Assembly (NCBI GenBank): GCA_024137785.1 | Contig: JAHRHZ010000098.1 | Location: 26,770,044 to 26,834,043 of the forward strand | Length of the DNA stretch: 64,000 nucleotides | DNA from: Ginglymostoma cirratum | Lineage: Eukaryota | Direction of reading: 5' to 3' | Part shown: positions 10,801 through 25,800 of the stretch, piece by piece | How positions within the stretch are numbered: position 1 is the stretch's first letter | Layout of the letters: each line of letters begins with the position of its first letter | Made by a program: the position numbers and the translations under genes | Notes under the pieces: model-generated | The model's input: the letters and a program-made list of their open reading frames with translations, nothing else | Databases searched by the model: none | What the model was told of the DNA's origin: nothing

Positions 10801-13800
10801 CTGGCAACAGTACAATGTGGAATCTTCAATCCACTTACTCCACATCAAAATTTTATGTTGTCCATTCTGCCCAAATGGTCCATGCCAATATTTATGCTGT
10901 ACAGGAGTCTTCTTCCATTCCTCTGCATCTAACCCTATCAGTAAACCCTTTTAGTATGCTCTTTGATGAAAGAAGCAATTACCACAGTAGCAACTTACCT
11001 TGCTGTAACATTGTATGAAATACCCCATTATGCTAACAATAAAAATGGCTGGAAGGGTAACTGCTTATGTGGACCAGGAATTAACCATTCCATATGTATA
11101 ACCTTTTACTGACTGCATTGCAGATTGTCACATAAACCACTAGGGTAAGCAAATGAAGAGCACCTTCCTCTGCCAAAGGTGAAGTTGAGGGAGGGGAAAA
11201 TTATTCATGTAACCTTGTACACAGGTACAAGAAACAGAGTAGCTGGATCAACTGATTTCTTTGTTACAGAGATAAGAATTGCTCTAGATTAAATCAGTAG
11301 AGATCTTTATTCACCAGGGAAAGCATTGTTTGATGTGGAACTACATGGACTTGCTACGTACTCAGCACATTTCACATACACCTTAATAGAGCCTAATCTC
11401 TACCACAGCAGTAGACAACAGATTTAGAATAACTACCTGAGTCCTGTAGATGTTGTAGGCTTCCTTCTCATGTTGCACAGCATTTCTGAACTCTGCCTTG
11501 CTAGCATAAACTTGTGCCACAAGGTGATAGCTGTATAGTTAAAACAAAAGTTGTTGAGCTCATGATGTCCTTCATATGGGTCCTTAAATTTAGATCTATT
11601 TTTCATATGAGACATTAGTGACTTTCTGCAATGTGGAATTCTCCTGTAACATACATTTTAGTGGCTCCTGCAAACCATTCCGGATTGACGTGGAAAGATT
11701 TAGTTGTGATTAATTCATAAAAGGTCATGTATTGTAATGAAATATATCTTTAAATGCCAAATCAGGCATTTTTTTTTGATATGACTGAACTTCAAACATG
11801 ATCAGAAATATTGCCAAGTAACAGACTAACGCACTACCAGGCAAAATGTAATAATATAATTACATTTTTAAGCATGGTTCATAAAATTTATACTTCAAGC
11901 AGAGAGATGTTAATGGAACATTGTCATTTAGGGTACCTTTGTGTCAGTTCACAAGCTTTGGTGATTAAATCTTAAGGCCAAGTTTGACTCGTTTGAATTT
12001 TGTGTGCTTGGACATACGCAAAGAGTTGTCCTGAGTACTACTTCTCTTGATTGGTAAGTCCTAGGAGTGAGGTTTGTTGGAATTTCAACTTTATTTATAG
12101 CCTGTGAGCTCCCTGGTATGCACTAAAGTTGCTTACAATTACATAAATCATGTACATGGATGCTTTAGGGTGTCAGCATCAAGCATTTACAGGTTAGGAG
12201 TAGTTTCGATGGAGGTTTTTGGTTCCTGCTGACCTTTCACACAAATATACATACATTCAATTTAAAACCTGAAACCATTCAACTTCCTGAGCCCACTGTG
12301 CCAGTTAATAAGATCATGGCTAATCAGATTATGACCTAAATTTCACTTTCTTGTGTACTGTCTGTTAGTATTTTTCTAAGCTGCAATTACGGCAGTGACT
12401 ATGATTCAAACACTGCCTTATCATCAGCAAAACTTTTGTGGGCTGGGGAGGGATGGGGTTGGGTTCATGAAAGGTGCTATACAAATGTAAGTCATCTACA
12501 AAGTTTATGTATTCAATATTTGTACCAAACTTCAAATAACATGCTGTTGTAGCAGTACGACAATTTTAGAATGATCTTTTAACTGTGAGGGACATTGACA
12601 ATTAGGAGTTTTGCTCTGCAACCTGATGCCAACTGGGTTGAACAGTCAAATGAACTTATTCAGGGGCCTTGCAGCTAGTAGACAAGAAACTCTTACTCCC
12701 ATCAGTCTAGCCAGGATTTGAACTCAAGTCGTCGAGATACAAAGCTTCACGTGAAACATTTAGTTTCCAATAGAAACTACCAGCTTTGAAATGAATGAAA
12801 AAAAAGTTCTGAGCTGGCATCGGATCTGCAAGATTATTACATAATGTGTATCCCGTTAAGTTTTAAATTAATTCTGAGCTAAGTTTATCAGACACAGGAG
12901 AAATCCTGTGCTATACCTTAGAGCAGTCTCCAAAGCCTGGGCCCCGTAATACTTGAGCTTTAATTCCAGAGCTTTCTGCAAAAATCGTATTGCAAGGTCA
13001 CAATCCAGTGCAGCATGGAGCATGAGGCCGATGTTGCTCTGTCGGAGGTTGTTGGGTAAAGATGGAGGGAAGAAAATAAAGTTAATTTCACAGTGAGAGT
13101 CACTTCAAGTCCTGTCCACCACACATTGCTGTTTCAGGGAGTGAAGCTTCTACATTGACAGACTGGACCCCACTAAACCCTCAACCCTCCCCATCAGATA
13201 CCAAAATGATGACTCTGTTACACTTCACTGAAGCAGCAGCGTACAAATTTGTCTACAGTAAAGATGATATTTAAATGCAAGTCTCAATGATTTCCAGTTT
13301 GATAAAATAATAATTGAAGTGACTACCATCTTTGATGATTTTTAACTTGGACCCACCCATAACCCCACATGAAAACACCCCAAGGATAACTGTTTTTCAA
13401 TTCATTCCACTCTAAGCCGTCATATACGCACTTACATCAAGAACAGCTATTTCTGGGTGATCTTCGCCAGTGACAGTGAGCATCAAGTAGAGAGCACGAT
13501 ACAGCAGTCTCAGGGCTATTGAAACCTGGTTGTTTGCAAAGCAGTAGAGACCTAGGCGGGCCTGTGAATTAAAAACAATAGACAACAATAATGAGCATTA
13601 CTTTACAGTTTCATCTTAATTAACATCTGAAGCTACACTGGAGGTGTAGCAATGCACTGGTTGGAGTGAGGATATTGCGCAAGTCTTAATGATAGAGTGT
13701 ATAATAATGAACTTCGGCAGCATGCAAAATAATGGAATTTTTGAAGCCAAAAATATTAATTTCTCTATTTTACAGTTATTTGCATTGTAATCACTTTTTG

Positions 13801-16800
13801 ACCTACTGACAATTCTTGCCTCTAAGTTCCTACATTGGCTGAACTGACAAACAATATCGTACATCTAGATACTGATATTGTCAATAGGATATTAGTGTTC
13901 GAATGAATATCTTACCTGCAGGTTCCTAGGGCATTTTCTAGCAAGATCACGTGAACACATCCCTGAGAACACTGACAATAATTGTATGGACTCATCATTG
14001 CTGAATTTGCTGGTAATCTAGACGCATAAATCTATCTTTTACAGAAAGTAATGGAACCATAATACATTCCCATTCTCAGCCATTTTACCAGAGGAAGATG
14101 ATTATAGATAGCCATTAACTTTGTACCTTCCCCAGAAATAACTGATTTTCTAACTGCTGGTTGTTATTCTACTGTAAATGGGAGTTTCACCCTGTGGAAT
14201 CCCCACCTTAGTGAAGGGATGCCCTATAATCTGATAAATTGAGGCAGAGAAATAATTACAAAAAATTAAAATAAGCTGGTGCTGAAGACAAACCGAATGG
14301 CTGGAATAATATGATAGGTATAAGAGTGGCATGCCGATTGTTTAACCAAAGTAATAAGTAATCCAAAACTGTACAAACTAATTAAGGTAGAGAGATCATA
14401 AGTTATCAAAGTGATGGTGTCAAATCAAGCCAGTAATTAAGATTTTACAAATACAGAACAGTATGGTGGGGTTACGTGTAACGTAACATGAACCCAAGAT
14501 CACAATTGAAGCCATCTTTATGGGTACATCGATCACCTGCAGACTTATTATTCAGCCAGTCAACACTCCACTCACACCATCTGTATGATCGTTTGATCTC
14601 TCTGCCTATAAACTCTGTGCCTATTTGTATCTCTTCACTTCACCTGACAAAGGAGCAGTGCTAAGAAAGCTTGTGATTTCAAATAAACCTATTGGACTAT
14701 AACCTGATGTTGTGTGACTTCTGACCTTGTCCACCCCAGTCCTATCTCCACAACTGTCAAAGTCAACACAAGGAATAGCAGTTTACCAAGGACACCTGAA
14801 TATATAAGCATTCTCCAGCACAGGTTGAAAAAGAGAGAGAAAATTGATGGAAAGAATGGGGGAGGGAAATACAAGTTACTCACATATTCATGGATGGTAT
14901 TGGGATGATCAAAGCCAAGAGTCCGCTCACTGACTATTACAGCTTTCTGCTGGTTGCTTATAGCCTGTGTAGAAACCGATTTTAAAAAAACCATCAGCAT
15001 GGACAATGCACAGCATTTGGGGAAAATCATCAGAACATACTGGCTTACAAACACTAACTCATCCCCCTGAAATTGGACCGTGTAGAAGTAGCTAATTCTA
15101 GACAAACACTATGCATGTAACTTCTATAACTGCATGTCGCAGGGCTAGATTTGTACTGACTGTTGCAGGAACCTGTCCTACACAATTATACACACTACAT
15201 TCTTCACTGTCTCCCAATTTTAGATCCTAACTTAGTAAAAACTCTTCTTCCTTTGAATACTAATGATCAGAGGCTAGTGAAAAATATAACAATGACAGGC
15301 AAACAATGTAGGGGCAAAACAGCTCCAATTTGTTTATTCCCCCACGAGTGATTTGTACTGTATAATGTCGAGACTAAGGATGGTCAGGTGTACAGTGGAA
15401 AAGTGTTACATTGCAGATTGAGCACGACTTGCAGAAATGAGGCAGTAGATAGAGGTTATAACTTAAGACTCCTTGTGAATTTCATGTTCGGATTCCCTTG
15501 CTGTTAAAAGCTATCTGTGGACCTGGTGAAATTGGAATCTGAAAATATCCTAATATCATATCCTAATGGTGCGCAATGATGTTTTCCAGCTCTCACAGAC
15601 ACATTTATCAAGTTCCTCAAAACTAGAATTATTGCTCACCTCAGGGATGTTGTCCACGATGTAACTGACCCGTGCCAGAAGGCTTAAACAACCACAGATG
15701 TCAGGGTGCAAGGCTCCATACACGTTGTTGAATAGGTTTAAAGATTCAGTGAGCAACTCAAGGCCTTCCTTAATGTTTCCTAGGAACATAACATTAACGG
15801 TCAGAGCTACACATGAAGGAAGATTTGATGCAGGGGAATAAAAATTCACTTCTTTTTCTGCTCATCATCAATTTTGGACATTAATGATTCCTTGGGCAAA
15901 GACCTAAAGTTCATCCAAAATAGGTGTCTTTATAAAAAAAATTGATAAGGAAACTAGGTGATGGGTGACATTCATCTTGTACAACCCCCAGGCACATACT
16001 TGACACAAAGCTGTGATTTATTGTGACCTACAAGGCTCAAATGTGAGCATAAATCCATAAATCCCTCCAGGCAGGCTCCTAGTTTCTCCTGATTGCACAA
16101 GAGGAGGAGGAGCATTGCAAAAGTCAAATGGTAATAACAAAGACGAGAGGGGAAAATGTAAGTGTGATCCCTTTTCATTGGACGAGAAGTTTGAACTGGA
16201 GAAAGCTTTCAGGCTTTTTAAACCAGTGCCTTTTTTACTGACATCAATCCAATCTAGTCACCTTGTCACTATATTCCCTATACAACAGTGAGCCTGTCAT
16301 CATCAAATTATACATTACTTTTTCCCTCTAATCTTCTGGTATTTTCTTTCCCTTTGAGTATCTTTTCTACTCATTTTGCGTTCCTTTCAAAATCCATGTT
16401 GTAGTCACTGACTTTTAAGAATAGTGCTCTATTCACATACAATCAGCACCAGACAGGTGTTCGAGTTGGCCTGTGAAACTGGGTTATAAAGACATGGTGA
16501 CATATTGGGAAAGCTGCATTCTCAGGGCTCATCACAAATTAGATGTAGGGGAAGGCTCCCTCTCTTTTAAACATATGCCCAAAATCTCAGCTGCAGAGTC
16601 TCCCCACCTGTTCATTGAATAAAAATGGAACGTCACTATGCTGAGCAATTTAGGGCCTGAATGCACATTCACTGAGATTTAGTTCACCTTATCAAATTTT
16701 ATCTGAAAGAAATGCCAAGTACTTTTTTTTGAGCTCATTGGTGTCACTCTTATCAATGTTTTAGCCGAACACAGCCACCATCTCTTTAGCATAAGATACC

Positions 16801-19800
16801 TTTCTGAATTGTTGTTTGTGCATTCTTATAAACTTGATCAGCATCTGTTGCCTTCACAATGATATGCTTGATCACAGGGAAGGAGTTGAGAATGTCATCC
16901 TCAGTGAAGGTGGGCTTGTGACGACTGTCAAAGTTATATTCTCGCAGAAGAATCTGAGGGAAAGATTCAAGTTATAATGAACATTGTGCAACAAATCTGG
17001 TTCCTCAGATAACTCACCACCTGTATTCTGCCTCTTCCACATGATCATTTATTTATGTTCAGTAATTAATTTCAATTAAGTGAGTTGACATAAATGGTCT
17101 TGGGGGGAGGGCAGCAGTGGGAAGAAATTAAATATTGTTTCTGATCACTATCTAAAGATTTTTACTGGAAAACGCATGTTTGTGAATTTCAAGGACAGGA
17201 TCAGAATTAACCTGACCTATCAAAGCCATGTTCATCCTCACCGTCAAGATACAGAAGAACAACAGAAGTGAATGAGGTATCACAAAGTGACTGGTATTGT
17301 GATATGAAACTGTAAGAGGAATGTGTCTTCACTGGAGGAAACCTTGCAAAAAAACTAAAAATTGCAACTGCAGCAGAGTTTTTGAAGAGCCTGCCTGCAG
17401 TGTCCACCTTAGAAAACTGATCGAATTGGAGGAATTTGTTCCACCCTAAGGCCTGCAAGTAATTGTTTTTAAAATGAGACCCACCTTCCTATGGGCATTC
17501 CCTTGCTAGGCCACACTCAAATCTGGGAAAAAAAGTGTGGAGCCTGCATAGAATTAGCCCAGATAACAAGCATGGGGCTGGATGAACACAGCAGGTCAAG
17601 CAGCATCATAGGAGCAGGAAAACTTGACGTTTCGGCCTGNNNNNNNNNNNNNNNNNNNNNNNNNNNNNNNNNNNNNNNNNNNNNNNNNNNNNNNNNNNNN
17701 NNNNNNNNNNNNNNNNNNNNNNNNNNNNNNNNNNNNNNNNNNNNNNNNNNNNNNNNNNNNNNNNNNNNNNNNNNNNNNNNNNNNNNNNNNNNNNNNNNNN
17801 NNNNNNNNNNNNNNNNNNNNNNNNNNNNNNNNNNNNNNNNNNNNNNNNNNNNNNNNNNNNNNNNNNNNNNNNNNNNNNNNNNNNNNNNNNNNNNNNNNNN
17901 NNNNNNNNNNNNNNNNNNNNNNNNNNNNNNNNNNNNNNNNNNNNNNNNNNNNNNNNNNNNNNNNNNNNNNNNNNNNNNNNNNNNNNNNNNNNNNNNNNNN
18001 NNNNNNNNNNNNNNNNNNNNNNNNNNNNNNNNNNNNNNNGCCGAAACGTCAAGTTTTCCTGCTCCTATGATGCTGCTTGACCTGCTGTGTTCATCCAGCC
18101 CCATGCTTGTTATCTCGGATTCTCCAGCATCTGCAGTACCTTTTATCTCTGATAGAATTAGCCCAGTTAGACAGCATATTCCTCTTTGCCTGTTTGACTG
18201 AAAGTCATCCTAACAGCTGTAATTTTTTGCATCTGGAAGATGGGTATAATGGTGACTAGTTTCTATTCCACTGACTCTAAGAGGGATGAGATTTCACAGG
18301 AGCCAGCAGCTCTTGAACGCTAGAATAAGTAATTTAAACTGTATGCCAAGACCTAAATGTCAGCATGTCATTCATGCAACGGGAATGTCACAGCTAGAGA
18401 ACATTCGTTTTTATCAAAATTCACACAAATGTATTTTTAATTTAAATAGTTGGTAGGGATCAGAAGCAGCCATTTAGTTTTTTTGCCCTGTTCTCAAGTC
18501 AGAAGCATTAAGGCCAATTGTCTCGTCCATCTCTACCCTGACTAACATTTGTTAACTTTTGAAATGATGACCTTTACACTCAGGTTGAGATCTTCCCAAT
18601 CTCTCCTCAAACAGCAGACAGCTCCCTGACTCATGTGGTGCTAAGTGTCTGTTTTTTGCAGTCTCTGAAATCACTCATTTAGAATCAATTGTGTAAAATT
18701 CCACTAACAATATCTGAGAGACCAAAAATATTTAACTGAAAACAGAGCTTAATTACTTACTGAGTAAGTGCTGGGACGAATAGAGAATACTGAAAGGCCT
18801 GGATAGAGTCATAGAATCCCTATAGCGTGGAAGGAGGCCATTTGGCCATCAGGCCCACACTGATCCTCCAAAAAGCGTCCCACTCAGACCCACCCCATCC
18901 CTGTAACCCTATACTTCCCATGACTAATCCACCTAACCTGTACACCCTGGACATCATTGGTAATTTAGCAAGGCCAACCTACCTAACCTGCACATCTTTG
19001 GACTATGGGAGGAAACTGGAGTACCCAGATGAAACCCACACAGGGAGAATGTGCAAACTCCACACTCAGTCACTTGAGGGTGGAATTGAACACAGGTCCC
19101 TAGCGCTGTGAGGCAGCAAATGCTAGCTACTGAACAACCATGCTGTCCTGAATAGAGATGAAGAAGGTGTTTCTAATAATAAGAGAGACTCAGCGTGTAG
19201 AAACAACCCTTTAAAACTGAGATGAGGAAACGTTTTTTTCAGCTAGAGGGTGGTTAATCTATGGAACTCATTGCCACAGAGTCCTGTGGAGGCCAAGTCT
19301 CCGTTTAAGATAGAGGTAAACAGTTTGTTGATTAGTAAGGGTCAAGAGTTATGGGGTGAAGCAAGAAATTGGGGATGAGTAGCATATCAGCCATGATTGA
19401 ATGGTGGAGCCGATTTGATGGGTTGAATGATGTAATTCTGCTCTTATCTCTTACAGTCTTATTCCATTAAGTGAAGCACAGGTGTGCGTCATTTACAGTC
19501 AGTGAAACTTTGATCATACTCCTGTGAAGTCCTTCGGAGTAGTTTGATATGTTAAAGACACTATGTAAGTAAAAGTCTTTTTTTTAAAAAATCAGAGCTG
19601 GGACTCTTGCATACCATTGACTTCTAATCAAATCCAGGCGTGCGACAAATTTTGAGATTCCGAAAATATTTCTAGCTGCAACTAAAAAATTTTAGATCAT
19701 GTAATCAGGCTTTAATTGTACATCAATAAACTGGAATCCAACTAACTAAATATCTCCATGTGAGGACACCTTATTTGTTTTTCGCCTCATATTGCTCTCC

Positions 19801-22800
19801 CTTTATGTCTCCCATGAGGAGTGTAACTTGTATTCATTAAGCATAAGGAGGCTTAATCCGTGTGCTGTATGCAGAGGAAGAGGAAATTACAATGCTTTCA
19901 CAAGCAGCAACAGCAGATGGCTGTCATGCCAGGGGGGCATTCTCAGTGCATAAGCCCAGACAGCAGAGTTGAAAGAAAATGACAGATGAGTGTTCCTCCA
20001 GTCTTATTCTCAATCAGTATCTGTGTAAGGACACAGACACAAAACACAATGTGCAATGAATAGAAGTGGGAACAGGCTAATTCTTCTCCTCCCTAATCTC
20101 TTCATTTAGCATTGCCATGAATTCCAATGATAGGATCAGCCATGACTCTACTGGAAGCAATCTCACCCCTGAGTAGAAGCTTGTACATTGAATACAAGAA
20201 CACAGGCCAACACTCCAGTGTAGTACTGAGGGATTGCTCCTTTGTTGAAGTGCTGTTCTTTTTGAAATTAATATTAAATCAAAGATATATCTCACATAAA
20301 AGATGCTAAGACACTGTTTCAAAGAAGAGCAGGAGCATGATTACTGACATTATAGTCAATATTGATCCCTCAAATCAACATCACTAAAATACATGATCGC
20401 AGTGCTGTTAGTGAGACATTAATGTGTTCAAAAGGGCTGCTACAGTTTCTATATCATAACAATGACTACATTTCAAAATATTTTACTGGCTGTTAAACAA
20501 TTTGGGCTGTCCTGAGGTCATTAGCTGCTATATGAATGCAGGAATTTATTTATTCAGCTAAACAACACAATTCAGACACCAAACCTAAGACTTCTCTGAC
20601 CTTCCCTGCCTCAATCCTGTAACAGCATGGTGCATTTAAGCCAAGCAGAATTTAGTCCTCAAAGTATTATCCATTTCTATCTTTTCACATGTTTTGCTCA
20701 GCAACCTCATCAATATTTACTGAAATACTGTGTGATGAACTTATAGCACAATACTGAGTGTTTCATACAAATGGAGAAGACATATACAATGACAGATCAC
20801 ATAAATGCTTCACGCTTACAGTAGCAGGATTGGCAGTACCTGAATTCCAGCCTTTATGCAGAACTCACGCAGCAGGGATACCTTCTGCAAACCAAACCGT
20901 TCCACTACCTGATCAATCCCGTCACTGGAACATAACAATCACATCAACATCAGCTAACAGTAAGGAAGTGAACCTGGAGGGTTCTGTCAACAAACCTATT
21001 TTGTGGTACTTTAGCAAATGTCTTTTTGATTTCCATTTACACCACAATCACGTTACCCTATCATCATCTCTTTTAACTCATCATAAAACTCAAATCAAAT
21101 TACTAAAATAAAATTTGCCTTTAACCAATGTATTGACTTTCCTTAATTAATCTGCACTTGTCCAAGTGATTTTAATTTTTTCTATGATTATCATTTCTAA
21201 AAGCTAGAGCTCTTATGGCACAGTGGAAATTATCCACCCACAGTGGTACTGCAGAGCGAGGAGACACAGGTTCAAGTCGCACCTGCTCCAGGGGAGTGTC
21301 AGAGCCTCTCTGAACAAATTGATTAAAATAATTTCATCCTTAAAAGTTTTCCTGCCAACAAGGTTAAATTGACTGGCCTGTAGTTGCTGAGATTATCCTT
21401 ACACATGGGGAAGCATATATCTGAGGAGGGCTAGAGGCTTATGAACAGTACCTCTTCAACCTCCACCCTTATTTCTCTAAGCATCCTTAGGTGCATCCCA
21501 GTTGTTTCTTGTGACTCCCAACTTTAAATACATCCATCCGTCTAAATATTTCTTGTTCATCAATTTTAGCCCACCAAGTATCTCAACTACTTCTCTGTCA
21601 CTAAGACTTTGGCAGCATCTTCCTTCATGGTAATGACTACTGCAAAGTACTCAATTCAGCCATGTTCCCTCTCTCCATTTTGATCACCAGCCCTCTTCTG
21701 ACTCACTTTCTTTAATAATTTATATAATTATCGGAGACTCTTTGGATTCCCTACTATGTTAGCTGACAATCTTTTTTCTTATCTTCTCTTTGCCTCTAAT
21801 AATATTTTTTCACATCAAACCAATCTGATATCTGTGCTGTGCTCCCTCTTTCTGTTTGTATTATGCTTTTGATTTCTTTCATCATCCAGAGAGCTTTGGC
21901 TTTGTCACCTTTGCTTGTCTATCAAGGGGATGTAACCAGTTGTCCCCAAACACTGTCTTTCTTTTAAAAAAGGCAGACCATTGTTCTGTAAACAGCTTTG
22001 TCAATCTTCGATTCCAACTTACCTGCGATAGATCTGTTCTCATCCCAATGAGATTACCTCTCCCCAGATTTAGTGCTTTTCCCTTGATCTGTCTTTTCCC
22101 AAGATATGATACTATGATCACTGTTCCCTCAATTCCCCAGAAGATACTTGTTCCACCTAAATCCCCAGTACCAGACCCAGCAATGTCTCCTCTCTCACTG
22201 TGCTTGAAACTGGGCTCAAGAATATTTGCCACAATGAATGGAAGTACTCCAGGACCCCTCATCCTCGGAAATCACATTCAAGTGTCCAACAGGTAAAAGA
22301 GATATTTGTATTACTGATCTACCTCAAACAAAGGAATATTTATCCACCCACTCTGAAGTTAAGAACCAGCACATCTTCTAAGCCAGGGAATAGCAAGATG
22401 CTTATGATCATATAACTTGACTCTCATTCTTCAGAAAACCTTCAGGATCCATGTTGCCCTACCCTCTCTGCCTGTGCCCCCCACAGTGACCAAGTAGACT
22501 CCCTGATGTGAAGCAAAAGCAATTGTACTCCACATATTAAAGTATCATATGAGACAAGGTTATAAATAAGTTATAGCAGGAATTTCTTCACCTCTAACAA
22601 TGGATGGTGCAGAAAGGGACTGAGAAATAAATGTTCAAACATGCTAAACACCACTGCAGTTACCTACCAAGCCAAGGCATAGCCAAAGCTTTCATTAGCT
22701 TCATTGTTAATCTGTTTCCACAGCTCAGTAGGAGTCAGATTAGCCCATGCTGTGTCATTTCCAGGTATCCGCATTTTTCGCTTATTCTTTTTCCTGCGTG

Positions 22801-25800
22801 ACACAAGTTCATCTGGAACCAGGTGTGCAACAGGATTGGGGTAGGAGCTCAAAAAGCAGTTCAGAAAGTGACTGATGGCAGATGAGCATGCTGATATCTC
22901 CACAACCTGGGAGAAAAAATAAAAATAAGAATAAAAAATAGAAATATGAATTGCATAAAAATAAATCAGAGCTGAAGACCCCATGAAAGTTACAAAGCAA
23001 GATGTATCCCTTTATATAACCACATCTTAACATTGTATTCTTTCTTAACATCCTTTCTTCTTTTCAAATAAGCCCCTCAAAGTGATCACACCAATGAGTA
23101 ATATGGCTGGGATTAAGCCCATTGATCCATAAAAGCTAGTGTGCATTAGTGAGAGGAGGGAAAACATGACACAAACTGTACAAAACATTGAGCTATAAGT
23201 CACACAATCCTACCAGCTTCCAGAAACCAGTCAAATAAAGCACCTCACACTTTTATATTGTTGTCTTCCTTTCTATGGCTATCCCTACTTCCTTTTCAAT
23301 TCCTTGGGTCACCAACCAGACTTACATGAGGAGGTGAAAGGATGCCTAACCTGCCAGGTTGAATTGTTGAGAGATTGACTACACCAGGAGGTGACTGTCC
23401 CTTTGGTGAAGTGTTGCCCCAGTGTGACATGGCTGAAACTTCGAATCCAGTGGTCTCAATCCGCGGCACACCATTCTGGGTTACTGCATTGATCTTAAAA
23501 TAATGGTATTGATGTTTCTCAAGAGCATTTTAGGGAAATGTTATTTTTCTGCTTCACAAATATCTATTCCATCTTCCTCCCACCACCAGTTCTAGAACCA
23601 ACATTTTTAAAGCATGTGTTGATAGAGGACCCTGATAGCAGACATTGAAAAATGATTTACATTTGAATGTCAGCCACATTCTGTAGAGGCGGGGCTGTTG
23701 TAAGGGGGAATCCCAAAAGAACAGATTTTATTATGTATGTCCCACAAAAGTTAGCCATAAGAGTTTCTTTGAATTGTTTTCAGTGCAGTTCCCGTCACAA
23801 GCAGGACAAGAAATAGTAAAGCGGGGATGAGGGGAGATATCTGTTGTCCAACGGTGCAGTGGCTTGCAGACAGATGACCTAGGTTAGGAGGTTTACTGGC
23901 TAGTTTGTAAACCCAAAGGAAATCCTATGAGTTCAGGAGCAGTGTTGTAAAGGCACTCATTTCCCGGATTTACCCATCTCACCTTCTTCCAGCTACCAAG
24001 TTTCCCCAAAGGTTGGGACACCTAGTTGCCCGAAGTCAGGGATGGAATGACTCGAAATGAAGGTAGACAGCCCCATTAAAAATTTTAAGTGACTAACCCA
24101 TGTCCTGTGAATGGATTCGCTGCTTGCACTACCTGCCCAGCCTCCACCACCTTCACACCCCCACCACCCGCATACCCCCAACCCAATCCAATCTGTTATA
24201 ACTAGAAATGGGCAGGATAACTTTCTGACTAACCTTGACATAAGCAAAAATACACTAGCTTCTGGGAGCTACAAATCAGTTCCATAATTTACTGCAAATA
24301 TTTTCCCAGTGCAACAGAGGAAATATAGGACTGAAATCTAAGCCCCACATTTCACCTGAGCACAGACGTAATTACACAGCCAACGAAACATTAGCCAGCA
24401 ACATGCAGAGTCAGGAAACAGATCGAGAGAAGAACGTGGCTATCTCCTCAAAAGCAGCCAAATGCATGATACTCTCTTACATTTGTTTTAGTTGCCTTGA
24501 ATTTTCCTGCTTCCTCTCTGAAGATGATGCCACATGTTCAGAAAACAGTTCAAGTTTTGTGAAGGCCACTAAGCAGTGCCTGATTCTTTCCTCACACATG
24601 CAGTATTTTTTAATGGATAGCAACAAGGAGGAATGAGATGGCTATTTTCCCTCTCACTAGTTCAACAGACACCAAAGCCATTTTTAACACTGCTGCTGAA
24701 CTGACTGACTGAGACCAGCTAACACCGCACAGAAGATGAAATGAGCCATTGGGCTTTCCTGTTCTTTTGGGAAGCGTATGAAGAATGTGTTACACTCACT
24801 CTCCCTCCAAGCCATAGCAAATTGCCGTATTCTATAAATAATAAGATTACCTGCAGGTAGAGGACTATAATGTGCTTTGCTGCCCGAGTGGTGATTTCGC
24901 TGATTAACAGTCTCTGTAAGAAATACAAACACTTAATCTTAGATGATGACCAGCTATTGAAGGTTCAGAATTACAACAACTTCAACTATGGTGTTAAACC
25001 TGATCATAAATGTTATTTCAGGTATCAATCCTAGTCACTTTTTTTAGGGACATGGTTAAATCCTAAATAGATGCACAAGTTTATTGTTCATTGAACAAAA
25101 TCGGAAGAGAAAGCCATGTGACCCTTCGAGCCTGCTTCACAATTCTATAAGACCATGGCTAATCTGGTTAGGGTCTCCAGCTTCGCCCCAGAACTCGAGT
25201 CCCTTTTCTACCCAACTCAGCCTTTAATAAAGTTAAAAGACACAGCCTCTACTATCGTCTGTCAAAGAGAATGACACTCTGAGAGACATAAAACAAAAAT
25301 ACCTTTTTAAAAAGGGGAAATGTCTTACTCTCAAGCTACGTCCATTAGTTTTAAGCCCCCACATACAGGAAGGATCTTCCAAGTAAAATACCAGGAATGG
25401 GGGCAGAAATCATGGGCTTCAGTGTTGTTTCTTGCCCTGACCCTGGCCCTGAGCACAGGACCCCTGCCTTCAATGTCAGCACAGTGGGTCCCTGAGAGTG
25501 CTGGGCTTCAGTTTGAGCCCTGATGTACCACCCAGTCCTGGGTCCTATACACTATCACATTAAAAAGGCTGATACCATTGAATTATACCACTGCATACTA
25601 ATTACAAAGACCACAAGCCGGTGGCTAGTTACTTGTTCTACAGATTATATGTTTCCCACAAAGAAATCTATCATGCATCCACTCCACATCTTTATGTATA
25701 CAAATTCATAACCCGTAAGTTCCACTGTTTCTGATTTTGTTTCTCTCCACTTCTAACTGTGATGACTTGTGCTGGAGTTATATAGGGTTCGGCTTTCCTA

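Noticed and set aside
16791-16799. CLUH-like donor GTATCTTAT resembling a U12 5' splice site
   Set aside because: It deviates from GTATCCTT at key positions and there is no CCTTAAC branch site before the acceptor at 15780-15781; treated as a U2 intron.
17491-18201. Long ORFs of 148-236 aa on both strands
   Set aside because: Artefacts of the 400-N gap, flanked by Penelope terminal repeats.
22780-22810. Basic NLS-like cluster RRKKNKRK (and GKRKRR at ~56340)
   Set aside because: Equivalent basic patches occur in canonical cytoplasmic CLUH, so this is not a novelty.
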